DNA of 46,563 nt from a virus. Lineage: Duplodnaviria > Heunggongvirae > Uroviricota > Caudoviricetes. Below the pieces are notes generated by a model. That model did not search any database. It had not been told where the DNA came from and saw nothing but the letters and a program-made list of their open reading frames with translations. Both the position numbers and the translations under genes were made by a program. The DNA is taken from the IMG/VR virus record IMGVR_UViG_2861038214_000001, positions 1 to 46,563 of that record. One strand, given 5' to 3'. The stretch's first letter is position 1; the number at the start of each line of letters is the position of its first letter. This document shows positions 17,961 to 27,896 of the stretch, piece by piece.

Positions 17961-18557
17961 ATGAAAGTTATCAAGTATTGGAAAGTTCAGCTTCTGCAGT
18001 TGTCTCAGCCCTCCAGCAATCTTTCCGGCATTATCAATGCCCGCACTCTGGTCGAAAGCCTGTTGTTTGAGGGGTACTCGAAAGATAAACCGAAAATTAA
18101 CCTCGGTTCCGGAGTAAATATTGAGTTATTTACAGCACCCGATTCGCTGGAAACCCGTATCTTTCGTGACCGCCTCGTTGACAGTGTGCGTTGCTTCCCG
18201 GTGTGTGAAGGTGATGGCGACAAAAGTGAGGGGGTAGACATTACCATCCACCTTGAGCCTCAGATTTCCAAATGCCGAGCCGTCATTGGTGGCGCGGGCG
18301 CAGCAAAGGCGCCAGAAAAAATCCATGACCATGCCTGTATTAACTGCTTCCTTGGTCGCGGTCCGTGCCTTGGTGACTGCCACGTTGCCGACGTTAATAA
18401 GGCTCGCAGCTCCTCCTTCGAAGACGTGGTGAAGCCCGTAATCAAATGGCTTAACGAAAACGCCAACCCTCATACATCAGTGAACATCGACGCAACCAGT
18501 GCTCAGCTGCTTACTGGTGAAATCGGCATTCACACGGAAGAGTTCATTAAGGACTGA
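17961..18557 (+). CDS. hypothetical Cys/His-rich protein (198 aa) between lysis and terminase genes
   Basis: ORF track 17901..18557 trimmed to ATG with AAAGGAAA SD; clusters CFPVC, HDHACINC, CLGDCH suggest metal binding. Confidence 0.6.
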   Translation: MKVIKYWKVQLLQLSQPSSNLSGIINARTLVESLLFEGYSKDKPKINLGSGVNIELFTAPDSLETRIFRDRLVDSVRCFPVCEGDGDKSEGVDITIHLEPQISKCRAVIGGAGAAKAPEKIHDHACINCFLGRGPCLGDCHVADVNKARSSSFEDVVKPVIKWLNENANPHTSVNIDATSAQLLTGEIGIHTEEFIKD

Positions 18558-18617
18558 TCGGGCATTACAGAGCCACTTCAAGAGGTGGCTCGATAATGTC
18601 ACAACGAGGTAAGGATT

Positions 18618-19358
18618 ATGGCAAAACCGGACTGGGGAGCACTGCAACACCAGTTCCTCGCCGAGCATGCCAAAACAGGAATATCCCCGAAAGACTGGTG
18701 CGCAGCGCAGGGACTGAATTACTCATCTGCGAAACGCTATATCAAAGTAACGACTTACGGTGCGAATTCGCAAAAAAAAAGTGCGAACAAATCTGCGAAT
18801 TCGCAGAAGGAGAAAGGCGGGGCTAATAAAAACGGGAAGGTGAAAAAAAACCAGCCCGACACAGGCGCCCACTCAAAATCTCCAGAAACGAAACCGATAC
18901 GCGGATCGCGCACTGCTCCGCCGACGAACGCCTTCCAGCCTGGCAACCAGAATGCATTAAAGCATGGTGGCTATGGTCGCCGGATGCTGCTCTCTGACGC
19001 CATCACCGAAGATGCCCAGATGCTCACGCTCGACGATGAGCTTTTCTGGCTGCGAGCGGCGAGCCTGACAGCGGCAGAGAATATCGGGCGCTGGCAGACA
19101 GAGCTGGAGACAGCCGCCAGCGAGCAGGCCAAAGATCTGCACGACCTCATCTCTCAGGCGCAGAAAGCCATGCATCGCAACACTGCGCGCATTGAGTCGC
19201 TGGAGTACACCAAGGCGGCGATTATCAAGCAGCGCGTTGATGCCGCTTACCGCGAAGCCGCGACCGAAAAGGTTGAGCTCGAAATTGATGTACTGAAAGA
19301 CGGCGACAAGGATAACGCGATCGTCGTGCATAACTCGCTGCCAATACCGGGAAGATAA
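18618..19358 (+). CDS. terminase small subunit
   Basis: ORF track; N-terminal HTH, conserved FQPGNQNALKHGGY motif, position upstream of large subunit. Confidence 0.75.
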   Translation: MAKPDWGALQHQFLAEHAKTGISPKDWCAAQGLNYSSAKRYIKVTTYGANSQKKSANKSANSQKEKGGANKNGKVKKNQPDTGAHSKSPETKPIRGSRTAPPTNAFQPGNQNALKHGGYGRRMLLSDAITEDAQMLTLDDELFWLRAASLTAAENIGRWQTELETAASEQAKDLHDLISQAQKAMHRNTARIESLEYTKAAIIKQRVDAAYREAATEKVELEIDVLKDGDKDNAIVVHNSLPIPGR

Positions 19359-19361
19359 ATC

Positions 19362-20693
19362 ATGGCCGACATTTACCTACCCACGCTACACAACGGGCAG
19401 TTAACGGTCTGGTCTGATTCCTGGGATCACCAGTTGAATGCGGTTCGCTGTGGTCGACGCTGGGGGAAAACCTTCATGCTGTCGAGCGCTGCGGTGACCT
19501 ACGCAACGTCGCAGTTCCGGCGCCCGGGCATGGATATCGAGCTGGGCGGTCGGGTCGGCATCTTCACTGCCGAGTATCGCCAGTACCAGGAGATCTACGA
19601 CAAGCTGGAAGAAATCCTGTTGCCGCTGAAAAAGAGCTTCAGCCGGCAGGAAAAGCGACTGCTGCTGAAGAACGGCGGGAAGATTGACTTCTGGGTCACC
19701 AACGACAACAAACTGGCCGGTCGTGGTCGTGAATATGAAATTATCCTGATCGATGAGGCGGCGTTTACCAAGTCGCCTGAAATGCTGAAGGAAATCTGGC
19801 CGAAGTCGATTAAGCCGACGCTACTGACGACAAAAGGCCGGGCCTACGTATTCTCAACGCCTGACGGTGTGGATGAAGAAAACTTCTTCTATGCCATCTG
19901 CCATAACAAAGACCTCGGCTTCCATGAGCATCACGCGCCGACGTCATCAAACCCCTTCGTTCCTCCCGAGGAGCTGGAGAAAGAGCGACAGAACAACGAT
20001 CCTCGCGTTTTCCGGCAGGAGTTCCTGGCCGAGTTCGTCGACTGGTCCGCTGCGTCGCTGTTCGACGTCCGCAAATGGTTCGAGGGTGAAAACCAGGATC
20101 AGCCTGTCGATTACCCTGAGATGTGTCAGGCCGTCTTCGCTGTCATGGATACCGCAGTTAAGGGCGGTACAGAGCACGACGGCACGGCGGTGATTTACTA
20201 CGCCGTCGACACCCGCCCCGGCATTCAGCGCCTGACTATTCTCGACTGGGATGTGGTGCAGATCGACGGCGCGCTGCTGGAAGAGTGGATTCCGTCTGTT
20301 TTCACCCGGCTGAATGAGCTATCCGGCCAGTGCGTCGCTGTAAATGGCAGCCTCGGCGTTTTCATCGAAGACGCCAGCATGGGAAGCATCCTCCTGCAGA
20401 AAGGTGAAAGCCTGGGATGGCCGGTCAACAAAATTGAATCCGCCCTGACCAGCAAAGGGAAGGACGAGCGCGCCATTATGGCCTCTGGGTATCACTACCG
20501 CGGGCTGGCGAAAATATCCCGATACGCCTACGAGAAGACGGCAGTCTTCAAGGGCGAAACAGCAAACCATCTGCATAAGCAGGTATCACGATTCCACCTT
20601 GCCGATAAGAACGCGCACAAGCGCGCCGACGATTTGCTGGATGATTACACCTACGGGCTGATCATCGCGTTCGGTAGCGGCGACGCACTCTAG
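19362..20693 (+). CDS. terminase large subunit
   Basis: ORF track; ATPase P-loop-like (GRRWGKT) and nuclease domain-sized C-terminus. Confidence 0.85.
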   Translation: MADIYLPTLHNGQLTVWSDSWDHQLNAVRCGRRWGKTFMLSSAAVTYATSQFRRPGMDIELGGRVGIFTAEYRQYQEIYDKLEEILLPLKKSFSRQEKRLLLKNGGKIDFWVTNDNKLAGRGREYEIILIDEAAFTKSPEMLKEIWPKSIKPTLLTTKGRAYVFSTPDGVDEENFFYAICHNKDLGFHEHHAPTSSNPFVPPEELEKERQNNDPRVFRQEFLAEFVDWSAASLFDVRKWFEGENQDQPVDYPEMCQAVFAVMDTAVKGGTEHDGTAVIYYAVDTRPGIQRLTILDWDVVQIDGALLEEWIPSVFTRLNELSGQCVAVNGSLGVFIEDASMGSILLQKGESLGWPVNKIESALTSKGKDERAIMASGYHYRGLAKISRYAYEKTAVFKGETANHLHKQVSRFHLADKNAHKRADDLLDDYTYGLIIAFGSGDAL

Positions 20694-20704
20694 CGAGAAA
20701 ACCA

Positions 20705-22120
20705 ATGAACGAAGATGATATCGCAATCGGCAGTTGCTCGCCGGAGCTGATCACGCTCCTGGACAGCGATGACATTCAGCCGGGTATGTCGGCTGGCTAT
20801 CAGACCTGCAAAACGATTTACCTCTTCCACCCGTTGGGCGGGAAAATGGTAGATCGCCCGATCAAGATGGCGATGAACGAGTCGCGCACGGTTCACATTT
20901 CGCAGGCGTATGGCATTGAGCAGCGTCTCCGCGATGCATTTGAGCGGGAGTGGAAAGCACTGGGCGCCGATAAGCACATCGCTAATGCGGCGCGCATCTC
21001 TCGCATTTACGGTGTTTCGGCGATCGCAATGCTGGTTGATAACCAGGAGCCGTCCTCTGCGGTGGACTACCGCACGCTGTATAAGCACAACGTGACATTC
21101 AACATTCTCGACCCGCTGAACACTGCCGGAAGCATCGTCCTGAACCAGGATCCGAACGCGCAGGACTTTCAGAAGGTCGACGGGATCAGAGTGGCGGGCA
21201 AGCCGTATCACAAATCCCGCTGTGTTGTGCAACAGAACGAGGACCCGATTTATCTGGCCTATAACTCTGCTGCCTTTGGCTTTACCGGTCGCAGCGTTTA
21301 CCAGCGCGCTCTGTTCCCGCTGAAATCCTTCATCCAGACCATGCGCACCGATGACATGGTTTCCGTGAAGGGTGGCTTGCTGGTAACGAAGATTCAGGGA
21401 CCGAGCTCAGTCGTCAACAACATGATGCAAAAGCTCAGCGGCATCAAACGAATGATGCTGAAGCGAGGGAAGACAGGCGAAGTCCTGCAGATCGGCGCAA
21501 ATGACAGCATCGAATCCATCGACCTGAGCAACCTGGAAAAGCCGCTCGACTCCTCCCGGAATCACATTCTGGAGAATATCGCTGCGGCAGCTGACATGCC
21601 GGCTATCATTCTGAACTCGGAAACATTCGCCCAGGGCTTCGGCGAGGGGACGGAAGACGCTCGATCTGTTGCAGTCTACATCGACAACATCCGCGAGTGG
21701 CTTGAGCCGCTGTATGACTATTTCATCCGTATTTGCCAGTATCGCGCCTGGAGCATTGAGTTTTTCAATTCTCTGCGTGCTGACTTCCCGGAGCTTAAAA
21801 ACACGTACAGCCTGTATTTCTCCTCATGGATTAACAACTTCGAATATCGCTGGCCGTCATCCCTGAAAGAGCCGGAAAGCGAAAAAGTGAAGGTCGACGA
21901 AATCCGCTTTAAGGCCATCGTCAGCATGCTGGAAGTCCTTCTCCCGCAGGTCAACACGGATGATGAGAACCGCGCTCTTCTTATCGAGTGGGCGCAGACC
22001 AACGCGAACGCTAACGAAAGCCTGTTCCCGCAGCGGCTCGATCTCGATATCGACTCTCTAAAGGCTAATCGGCCTGAACAGCCACGGGATGAAGAGCCCG
22101 GCGGCGAGATGATGCTATGA
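20705..22120 (+). CDS. portal protein (putative)
   Basis: ORF track; size and position after terminase. Confidence 0.7.
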   Translation: MNEDDIAIGSCSPELITLLDSDDIQPGMSAGYQTCKTIYLFHPLGGKMVDRPIKMAMNESRTVHISQAYGIEQRLRDAFEREWKALGADKHIANAARISRIYGVSAIAMLVDNQEPSSAVDYRTLYKHNVTFNILDPLNTAGSIVLNQDPNAQDFQKVDGIRVAGKPYHKSRCVVQQNEDPIYLAYNSAAFGFTGRSVYQRALFPLKSFIQTMRTDDMVSVKGGLLVTKIQGPSSVVNNMMQKLSGIKRMMLKRGKTGEVLQIGANDSIESIDLSNLEKPLDSSRNHILENIAAAADMPAIILNSETFAQGFGEGTEDARSVAVYIDNIREWLEPLYDYFIRICQYRAWSIEFFNSLRADFPELKNTYSLYFSSWINNFEYRWPSSLKEPESEKVKVDEIRFKAIVSMLEVLLPQVNTDDENRALLIEWAQTNANANESLFPQRLDLDIDSLKANRPEQPRDEEPGGEMML

Positions 22121-22938
22121 AGACTTTCACGCGCACCGTACGCGAGGCGGTGAAGTTCTTTCTGCGCAATGGCTACACCTCGCGGCAGGAGCTGGAGCAA
22201 TGGCAGGCCATTATCCGGCAGGCAGCCGAAAGCGAAACCGATGACGACTACATGAGCATGGTGTCGGATCGGTTGCGTAAGACCTATGACCTGCAGGTGA
22301 GCAAGGCTGGAGCGCTGGAGCGCCACAAGGGGCTTTCACGCTTCACGCTGAACTACATGGAGCCGAAGTTACGCAGCGAGCTGGATCGCCGCATCCTGGC
22401 CAGCGCTGACCTGATAAAGCTGAATCGCAAGAAAGCCATCGACACTACTCTGTCGCGGTTTAGCGGATGGGCCAGCAGCATTCCCTCAGCAGACAGCATT
22501 GCGCTGACCGGCATTCAGGGAACGATGCGGGAGACGGCGGCGCACATTCAGAAGGCCGCCGAGAAGGTGGACTATGAAGCGCGCCGCGTGATGATTGACC
22601 AGAGCCATAAGCTGATCGCCAATATCGACAACATCATCGCGACGGGCAACAACGCGATTGCTGCCGAGTGGCATAGCCACTGGCGCCAGCCAGGGTACGA
22701 CTACCGGGAAGATCACAAGGAGAGGGACAAGCTGATCTATCTCATCCGCGGGAACTGGGCGCAGAAAAATGGCTATGTCAAAGCTGGCCCTGCCGGCTAT
22801 CTCGACGAAATTACGCAGCCTGGCGAAGAGGTTTTCTGTCGGTGCTACGTCACCTATCTGTACAACCTCCGCAGCATTCCCGAGGACATGCTGACCCAGA
22901 AGGGCCGCAAGTTCCTGGAGTCCATGAAAGCAGCATAG
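22117..22938 (+). CDS. head morphogenesis protein (Mu F / SPP1 gp7-like)
   Basis: ORF track; position after portal, overlapping start (ATGA). Confidence 0.65.
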   Translation: MKTFTRTVREAVKFFLRNGYTSRQELEQWQAIIRQAAESETDDDYMSMVSDRLRKTYDLQVSKAGALERHKGLSRFTLNYMEPKLRSELDRRILASADLIKLNRKKAIDTTLSRFSGWASSIPSADSIALTGIQGTMRETAAHIQKAAEKVDYEARRVMIDQSHKLIANIDNIIATGNNAIAAEWHSHWRQPGYDYREDHKERDKLIYLIRGNWAQKNGYVKAGPAGYLDEITQPGEEVFCRCYVTYLYNLRSIPEDMLTQKGRKFLESMKAA

Positions 22939-22950
22939 GAGCATTAAAAC

Positions 22951-24564
22951 GTGGCTATTTTTGGCAGCGGGATAATGTTCCGTCAGGGGAAGTTCGTCTT
23001 CCTGATCCAGCGCTCGGATGATGGCACATGGTGCCAGCCGGGCGGGACGATAGAGCCGGGAGAGTTAGCCATAGACGCCGCACGGCGCGAGGTGCTGGAG
23101 GAAACAGGCTATCAGTACGATGGCCCGCTGACGCCGCACAGCGTACATGGTGACTACCTGACCTACCGCGCCGACGTGCCGGAGCAATTCGAAGCGAAGA
23201 TAAACGACGAATCGCTGGCCGCCGGATGGTTCCATATTGACGATCTGCCAAAGCCGCTTCATCAGCCATTCGCTGAAATGCTGGCGCAGCAGGCGCTCAA
23301 CGAAACCGACGTGGCCGCGCTCATCGCTGACGGAACGCTCAGCAGCCCGCAATATTTTTACAACATGTGGATGTTCGCCATCCGGGTGACCGGAACAGGG
23401 GTTGCCTGGCGATCTGCAGATCAGGAGATGACGTTCCGTAACCCGGACGACTATCTCACCCCTGAATTTCTCCAGCGGGTAGCTGGCGTACCACTTATCT
23501 GGCTTCACCCCGAAAAAAGAACACTTGATAGCGACGAGTTCTCAAAGCGCGTTATTGGCACCCTGACAAATGCCTGGGTTGCCGATAAGGGCGAAGTGTG
23601 GGCCGTTGCGCGTGTGTACGACGCCGAAGCTGCTGAAATTATGGCAACAAGGCAATTAAGCACCTCGCCAACTGTGAAGTTCTCAGAGGTTGCTCAATCA
23701 ATCATTGTCGACGGTCAGCCTCTACTGGTGGAGCCATCCCCCGAGCTGCTCGACCACGTTGCAATTTGTGAACAGGGCGTGTGGGACAAGCTCCTTGCCC
23801 CTACCGGTGTTAAATCTGATTCCATTCCTGAAGAGGCTGAAAAGATGGACGAGGAAAAAATCGTAGCGCTGATTAATAAGGCGATCGATGCGCGTTTGGC
23901 TAAGGCCGACGAAGAGAAGGAAGCGAAAGCCAAGGCTGACGCCGAAGAGGCCGCCAAGAAAGAAAAGGCTGACGCAGAAGACAAAGAAGCGGAAGAGGCG
24001 AAAGCTAAAGCCGACGCGGAAGAGAAAGCCGCGAAGGAAAAAGCTGATGCTGAAGCCAAAGAAAAGGCGGATGCCGAAGAGGCTGAGAAAATGGCAAAAG
24101 AAAAAGCCGACTCTCAAATCCTCCAGGAAATTGCTGAGCTTCGCTCCCGCATTCCTACCGAACTGAGCGACGAAGAGCGCAACGAAGTTGCAGAAGCGCA
24201 GGTGAAAGCCGATAGCGTCTTCTCCAGCTTTGGCAAACGCGCCCCGATCCCGCTGTCCGGTGAAAAACCGATGGCGTATCGCCGCCGTCTGATGATTCAA
24301 CTGCAGGAGCATTCTCCGGACTACAAAGCCGTCGATCTCTCTGCCATCGCTGATTCTCAACTGCTGAGCACTGCCGAAAAGCATATCTACGCTGATGCGC
24401 AGAAGGCGGCCAGCCTGTCAGTTGGTCCCGGTATGCTGCGCGAGATTAAGCGCGCCGATGCAACCGGTCGCCAGATCAGCACCTTTGAAGGCGATCCCGC
24501 CGTCACCTGGGCGCCGTTCCAGTCTGGCAAGCGTCAGGTCACCAGTTTTAACAACCAGGCTTAA
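22951..24564 (+). CDS. NUDIX hydrolase domain fused to head protease/scaffold-like protein (537 aa)
   Basis: ORF track; complete Nudix box G-x5-E-x7-REV-x-EE-x-GY ([24 protein letters not shown]) at residues about 30-53; central domain of unknown fold; KAKADAEE-type coiled-coil repeats; sits where protease/scaffold normally lies. Confidence 0.7.
   Translation: MAIFGSGIMFRQGKFVFLIQRSDDGTWCQPGGTIEPGELAIDAARREVLEETGYQYDGPLTPHSVHGDYLTYRADVPEQFEAKINDESLAAGWFHIDDLPKPLHQPFAEMLAQQALNETDVAALIADGTLSSPQYFYNMWMFAIRVTGTGVAWRSADQEMTFRNPDDYLTPEFLQRVAGVPLIWLHPEKRTLDSDEFSKRVIGTLTNAWVADKGEVWAVARVYDAEAAEIMATRQLSTSPTVKFSEVAQSIIVDGQPLLVEPSPELLDHVAICEQGVWDKLLAPTGVKSDSIPEEAEKMDEEKIVALINKAIDARLAKADEEKEAKAKADAEEAAKKEKADAEDKEAEEAKAKADAEEKAAKEKADAEAKEKADAEEAEKMAKEKADSQILQEIAELRSRIPTELSDEERNEVAEAQVKADSVFSSFGKRAPIPLSGEKPMAYRRRLMIQLQEHSPDYKAVDLSAIADSQLLSTAEKHIYADAQKAASLSVGPGMLREIKRADATGRQISTFEGDPAVTWAPFQSGKRQVTSFNNQA
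23880..24125 (+). repeat. in-frame imperfect tandem repeats encoding (E/K)-A-K-A-D-A-E-E heptad-like units
   Basis: repeated GCnGAnGCnGAAGAG-type units seen in DNA and protein. Confidence 0.7.
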
Positions 24565-24579
24565 CGGGAGCTCTGAAGC

Positions 24580-25440
24580 ATGGCTAATTTATCTCTTAAC
24601 CCGATGGCGACCACGAATGCCGCTGGTTCCTTCGGTGTGCAGTCTGATGGCTTCATTCAGGGCGTTGCTCTGGATGATCCGGCAAATCGCTTTAACCTTG
24701 CGTCCGGCACTGTCGCCGCCACCGAAACCAAACCGCTGTGGGGTGGCCTGCCGGTTGCCGAGTTGCTGCCCGGCGTGAACTCCAGTCCTCGCGGGTCGAC
24801 TATTCGTCGCGCTGTGTCACTGGCTGAACTCGAAGGCTTCACCGTCTTCAACCAGGCCCACAACGGCCTTACCACTCCGCAATCACCGGTTCCGCTGTAT
24901 GCGTCCGGCATGAGCGTTTCATTCTACCGCCTTGGATCCAACATGCGCGTTCCGCTGAAAGCTTCAGCGCAGGTGGTAGCGCTCGGAACCGCTGGCGCAT
25001 CGGTGAAAACGCCGCTAGCGTGGGACTTCGTCAATAACCAGGTGACCACCGCAGCCGCGGCGGCTTTTGCCGGTGCTGACATTGACACGACCGCTGTTAC
25101 CTACTCGAACGGCGTGGCCACCGCCACCACTGCCTCTGCACATGGTCTGACTGCAGGCCAGTACGTGAAGATCAGCGGCGTAGCTCCGGCTGCCTATAAC
25201 GGCACCGTCGTTGTGCTGACCGTACCGAGTACGACAACCTTCACCTATGCGCCTGCCAGCGCGCCGGGAGGCTCCGCGACCACGCAGGGCGCTATCGGCG
25301 CTGTGGCTCAGGCAGACATCACCCTGCCGGTGAAAGTCATCTCCATCGAGAGTGGGAACTCTAAAACTGTCAGCTATGACAGCGCTACGGGCTTCCTTAC
25401 CTGGAACAACACCGACAGCTGCGCGCTGGTCTTACTTTAA
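24580..25440 (+). CDS. head-associated structural protein with Ig-like module (decoration-like)
   Basis: ORF track; Ala/Thr/Gly-rich; shares an about 60-aa module with the 28823 and 36296 proteins. Confidence 0.55.
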   Translation: MANLSLNPMATTNAAGSFGVQSDGFIQGVALDDPANRFNLASGTVAATETKPLWGGLPVAELLPGVNSSPRGSTIRRAVSLAELEGFTVFNQAHNGLTTPQSPVPLYASGMSVSFYRLGSNMRVPLKASAQVVALGTAGASVKTPLAWDFVNNQVTTAAAAAFAGADIDTTAVTYSNGVATATTASAHGLTAGQYVKISGVAPAAYNGTVVVLTVPSTTTFTYAPASAPGGSATTQGAIGAVAQADITLPVKVISIESGNSKTVSYDSATGFLTWNNTDSCALVLL

Positions 25441-25453
25441 TCGGGAGCTTTAA

Positions 25454-26485
25454 ATGGCTGCAATTACCCCCAGCTACACCATCGTCAACCCGTCGTATAT
25501 TGCGCCGGAGTTGATCATTGGTTACCAGCAGGCGTCCGGTGCGTTCGAAACCATCGCCAGCGGTAACCCGCAGGTCCGCCTTGGCGTAGGCGACCAGTAC
25601 GTTTATATGCGCCGCCTGGATATTCGTACCCAGGTAACCTCCAGCCAGTCCGGCAACGCCAACCAGCTGCCGAGCGTGGCGCTCGAGGCGCGCATGATCT
25701 CCACTCCAACCTACCTGTTCCGCTGCCGTGGTATCTACGATCACCACGACACCGCGGCGGCCGGTAACTGGAACGTGGCACTGCCAGAAGCTCAGCGTCT
25801 CGGCATGCGTCAGGGCATCTTCCAGCAGTTGCGTTCTGCGCTGCTGTACGGCATGAACCCGGCAGGCGGCGAAGGTCTGCTGAACACCGCAGGCGCGACC
25901 ACCGAAACCCTGCCGCCGGACAGCAACAGCAACACCACTGTGCTGACCTACGACCATGGACAGATGGCTGTCTATCTGCTGGGCCATGTACAGGCCGCGC
26001 TGACCCGCACCATGCAACTGGGTCGCCAGCAGCGTGTTGTTATCCTCGGGCCGCAGCGAGTGCTGGGCGCGATGGAGATTCAGCAGATCGTTCAGCTGAC
26101 ATCTTATCAGCGTCCTGGCGGCGGTACTGATACCGTCGGCGGCACCGTGAAAGAGGTTCTCCGTGGCGCGAATGTTCAGGTTGACTGGGTGTACGACGAC
26201 ACGCTGATCGGCGCCGGTGCCGGCGGTACTGACGCGGTGGTTATCACCATCCCGGAAGTTGAAGTGCCGATGGTTAACTCCACCGTGAACACCAACGAAT
26301 TCGCCAAACTGAGCCCGTCTCTGGCGGCTAATGCCCTGATGTTCACCGACATGGCGGCACCGATGGAAATCCCGACGCCAATCCCCGGGGGCGCTATCGA
26401 CGTGCTGTCAGAAATGCGCTCTACGGCTGGCTGGGCAGTCCGTCCGGAAGCTATCACCATCCTGTCGATGAAATACAGCGACTAA
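25454..26485 (+). CDS. major capsid protein (putative)
   Basis: ORF track; size, position, strong terminator immediately downstream. Confidence 0.7.
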   Translation: MAAITPSYTIVNPSYIAPELIIGYQQASGAFETIASGNPQVRLGVGDQYVYMRRLDIRTQVTSSQSGNANQLPSVALEARMISTPTYLFRCRGIYDHHDTAAAGNWNVALPEAQRLGMRQGIFQQLRSALLYGMNPAGGEGLLNTAGATTETLPPDSNSNTTVLTYDHGQMAVYLLGHVQAALTRTMQLGRQQRVVILGPQRVLGAMEIQQIVQLTSYQRPGGGTDTVGGTVKEVLRGANVQVDWVYDDTLIGAGAGGTDAVVITIPEVEVPMVNSTVNTNEFAKLSPSLAANALMFTDMAAPMEIPTPIPGGAIDVLSEMRSTAGWAVRPEAITILSMKYSD

Positions 26486-26509
26486 AACTCGAAATTGAGA
26501 AGTGCTTAA

Positions 26510-26543
26510 GCCTCTGCATGGTTCGCTGTGCAGGGGCTTTTTT
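26510..26543 (+). terminator. intrinsic terminator after major capsid gene
   Basis: 8-bp stem CCTCTGCA/TGCAGGGG + TTTTTT. Confidence 0.6.
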
Positions 26544-26557
26544 ACGAAGGGTAAACA

Positions 26558-27040
26558 ATGAAACTGTACATCGCCAACACTACCAAACAGCGCCACATCT
26601 TCACTTTCCGCCAGCTGGAAACCGGGCGCCTTCGCCAGATCCCCATTGAGCACGGCTCACAGATGCTGGTTCTGGATGGCTCGACCGAAGAAGTCGAAGC
26701 GGTTATTCAGCATCATCAGGTTTACGGTCTGGTTGACTCAACCAAAATCGACCAGAGCCAGGCATTTGTCGGCCTGTGCTACAGCATCAACAAACCCGTT
26801 TCCGCCAGCGTTATTGAGAAAACCATTCGCGATAACGATGGTCATCTGACCCGCGGGGCTCATAACCGCCGGCAGGCATCCGTCGCCGCGCTGGATAACA
26901 CACTGCGCGAAAGCGGTATCGGCTACGAAGGTGACATGGAATTCAGCGCAGAGCAGGCCAAGGGGCGCGATGACCATTCAGACGACCCGACCATCAACGA
27001 AAAAATTGTCACGCCGAAAGCCGGGAGCAAGAAGAAATGA
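26558..27040 (+). CDS. hypothetical virion protein (160 aa)
   Basis: ORF track; structural module context. Confidence 0.6.
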   Translation: MKLYIANTTKQRHIFTFRQLETGRLRQIPIEHGSQMLVLDGSTEEVEAVIQHHQVYGLVDSTKIDQSQAFVGLCYSINKPVSASVIEKTIRDNDGHLTRGAHNRRQASVAALDNTLRESGIGYEGDMEFSAEQAKGRDDHSDDPTINEKIVTPKAGSKKK

Positions 27041-27465
27041 CCACCAGTCTGTCGGGATTCATCGAATTCGTTCGATCTGATATGGGCATCACCCCCGACC
27101 AGGTTCCCGACGACTCGCCGTCTTTTTCTCTCGCCTATGGCGGCGCCATTGAATGGGTTAACCCGGACATCGCGTGCGTTATGCCTAACATGTACAGCAT
27201 CGCGGTTTATAACCTTGGGGCATCGTTTCTCATCAATTACGGGACAGAGGCTGTGTTTGCTGAGTTCCGTAAACAATATGGGCTGAATGACTTCAAAGCC
27301 GGGGTTATCACGGGAGCCGGGGATAACTCTACCAGCGCACAGCGCCTGGTCCCTGATTTCTTCAAAGACCTGTCGCTGGCAGATCTGCAGATGCTCCAGG
27401 ACCCGTGGGGCCGTCGCTACCTGATGTTCGCTCAGCAGTTCGGGAGCCTGTGGGGTCTGACATGA
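27037..27465 (+). CDS. hypothetical head-tail joining protein (142 aa)
   Basis: ORF track; overlapping start codons with neighbours. Confidence 0.6.
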   Translation: MTTSLSGFIEFVRSDMGITPDQVPDDSPSFSLAYGGAIEWVNPDIACVMPNMYSIAVYNLGASFLINYGTEAVFAEFRKQYGLNDFKAGVITGAGDNSTSAQRLVPDFFKDLSLADLQMLQDPWGRRYLMFAQQFGSLWGLT

Positions 27466-27896
27466 TCACCTTTCATCTGGGCGTTATCGATATCCCCTAC
27501 GAGGACGAGTACACCACGACGGGGAGCGTAGCGGAAGAGCTGGAAGCGAGGTATCAGATTATGCAGACGTTCTTTGACCGCTACGGGAACGACATCGCTG
27601 AGCTGATGAGCAAAGACCTGGCCGCAGCGCTTGAAAACATGTTCGCTGGCGCGCCGCCGGCAAAAGACCCGCTCGCTGAGTCAATGTCCAAAGTTCACGA
27701 TCTCTTTGTCGGCTTCCTCGATAACGCCGAGATGAACGGCCTCCCTGGCGTACCAACTCGCCGCGCGCTTGAGGGAATATCGAAGCGCTTTAAAGGCAAA
27801 AAGGGGCCGCCACGCCCTTCGTTCATTGACACAGGAACCTATCAGGCAGCTATGCGAGCCTGGGTAAGCGGGGTGCTGAATGCCTTCCCTGAGTGA
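27462..27896 (+). CDS. hypothetical virion protein (144 aa)
   Basis: ORF track 27405..27896 trimmed to ATG overlapping upstream stop. Confidence 0.55.
   Translation: MITFHLGVIDIPYEDEYTTTGSVAEELEARYQIMQTFFDRYGNDIAELMSKDLAAALENMFAGAPPAKDPLAESMSKVHDLFVGFLDNAEMNGLPGVPTRRALEGISKRFKGKKGPPRPSFIDTGTYQAAMRAWVSGVLNAFPE

Noticed and set aside
23880-24125. Tandem repeats considered as a possible CRISPR array or VNTR locus
   Set aside because: Repeats are imperfect, in frame and coding, with no spacer/repeat periodicity or nearby cas genes
23715-24384. Long minus-strand ORFs (114 and 220 aa) antisense to the scaffold-like gene
   Set aside because: Low-complexity translations (runs of S/A/F/L/R) generated by the GC-rich repeat region; shadow ORFs of the plus-strand gene
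25397-26017. Minus-strand 206-aa ORF antisense to the major capsid gene, and similar antisense ORFs across the structural module
   Set aside because: Typical high-GC shadow ORFs; Arg/Gly-rich, no ribosome-binding sites, overlapping confidently assigned plus-strand genes
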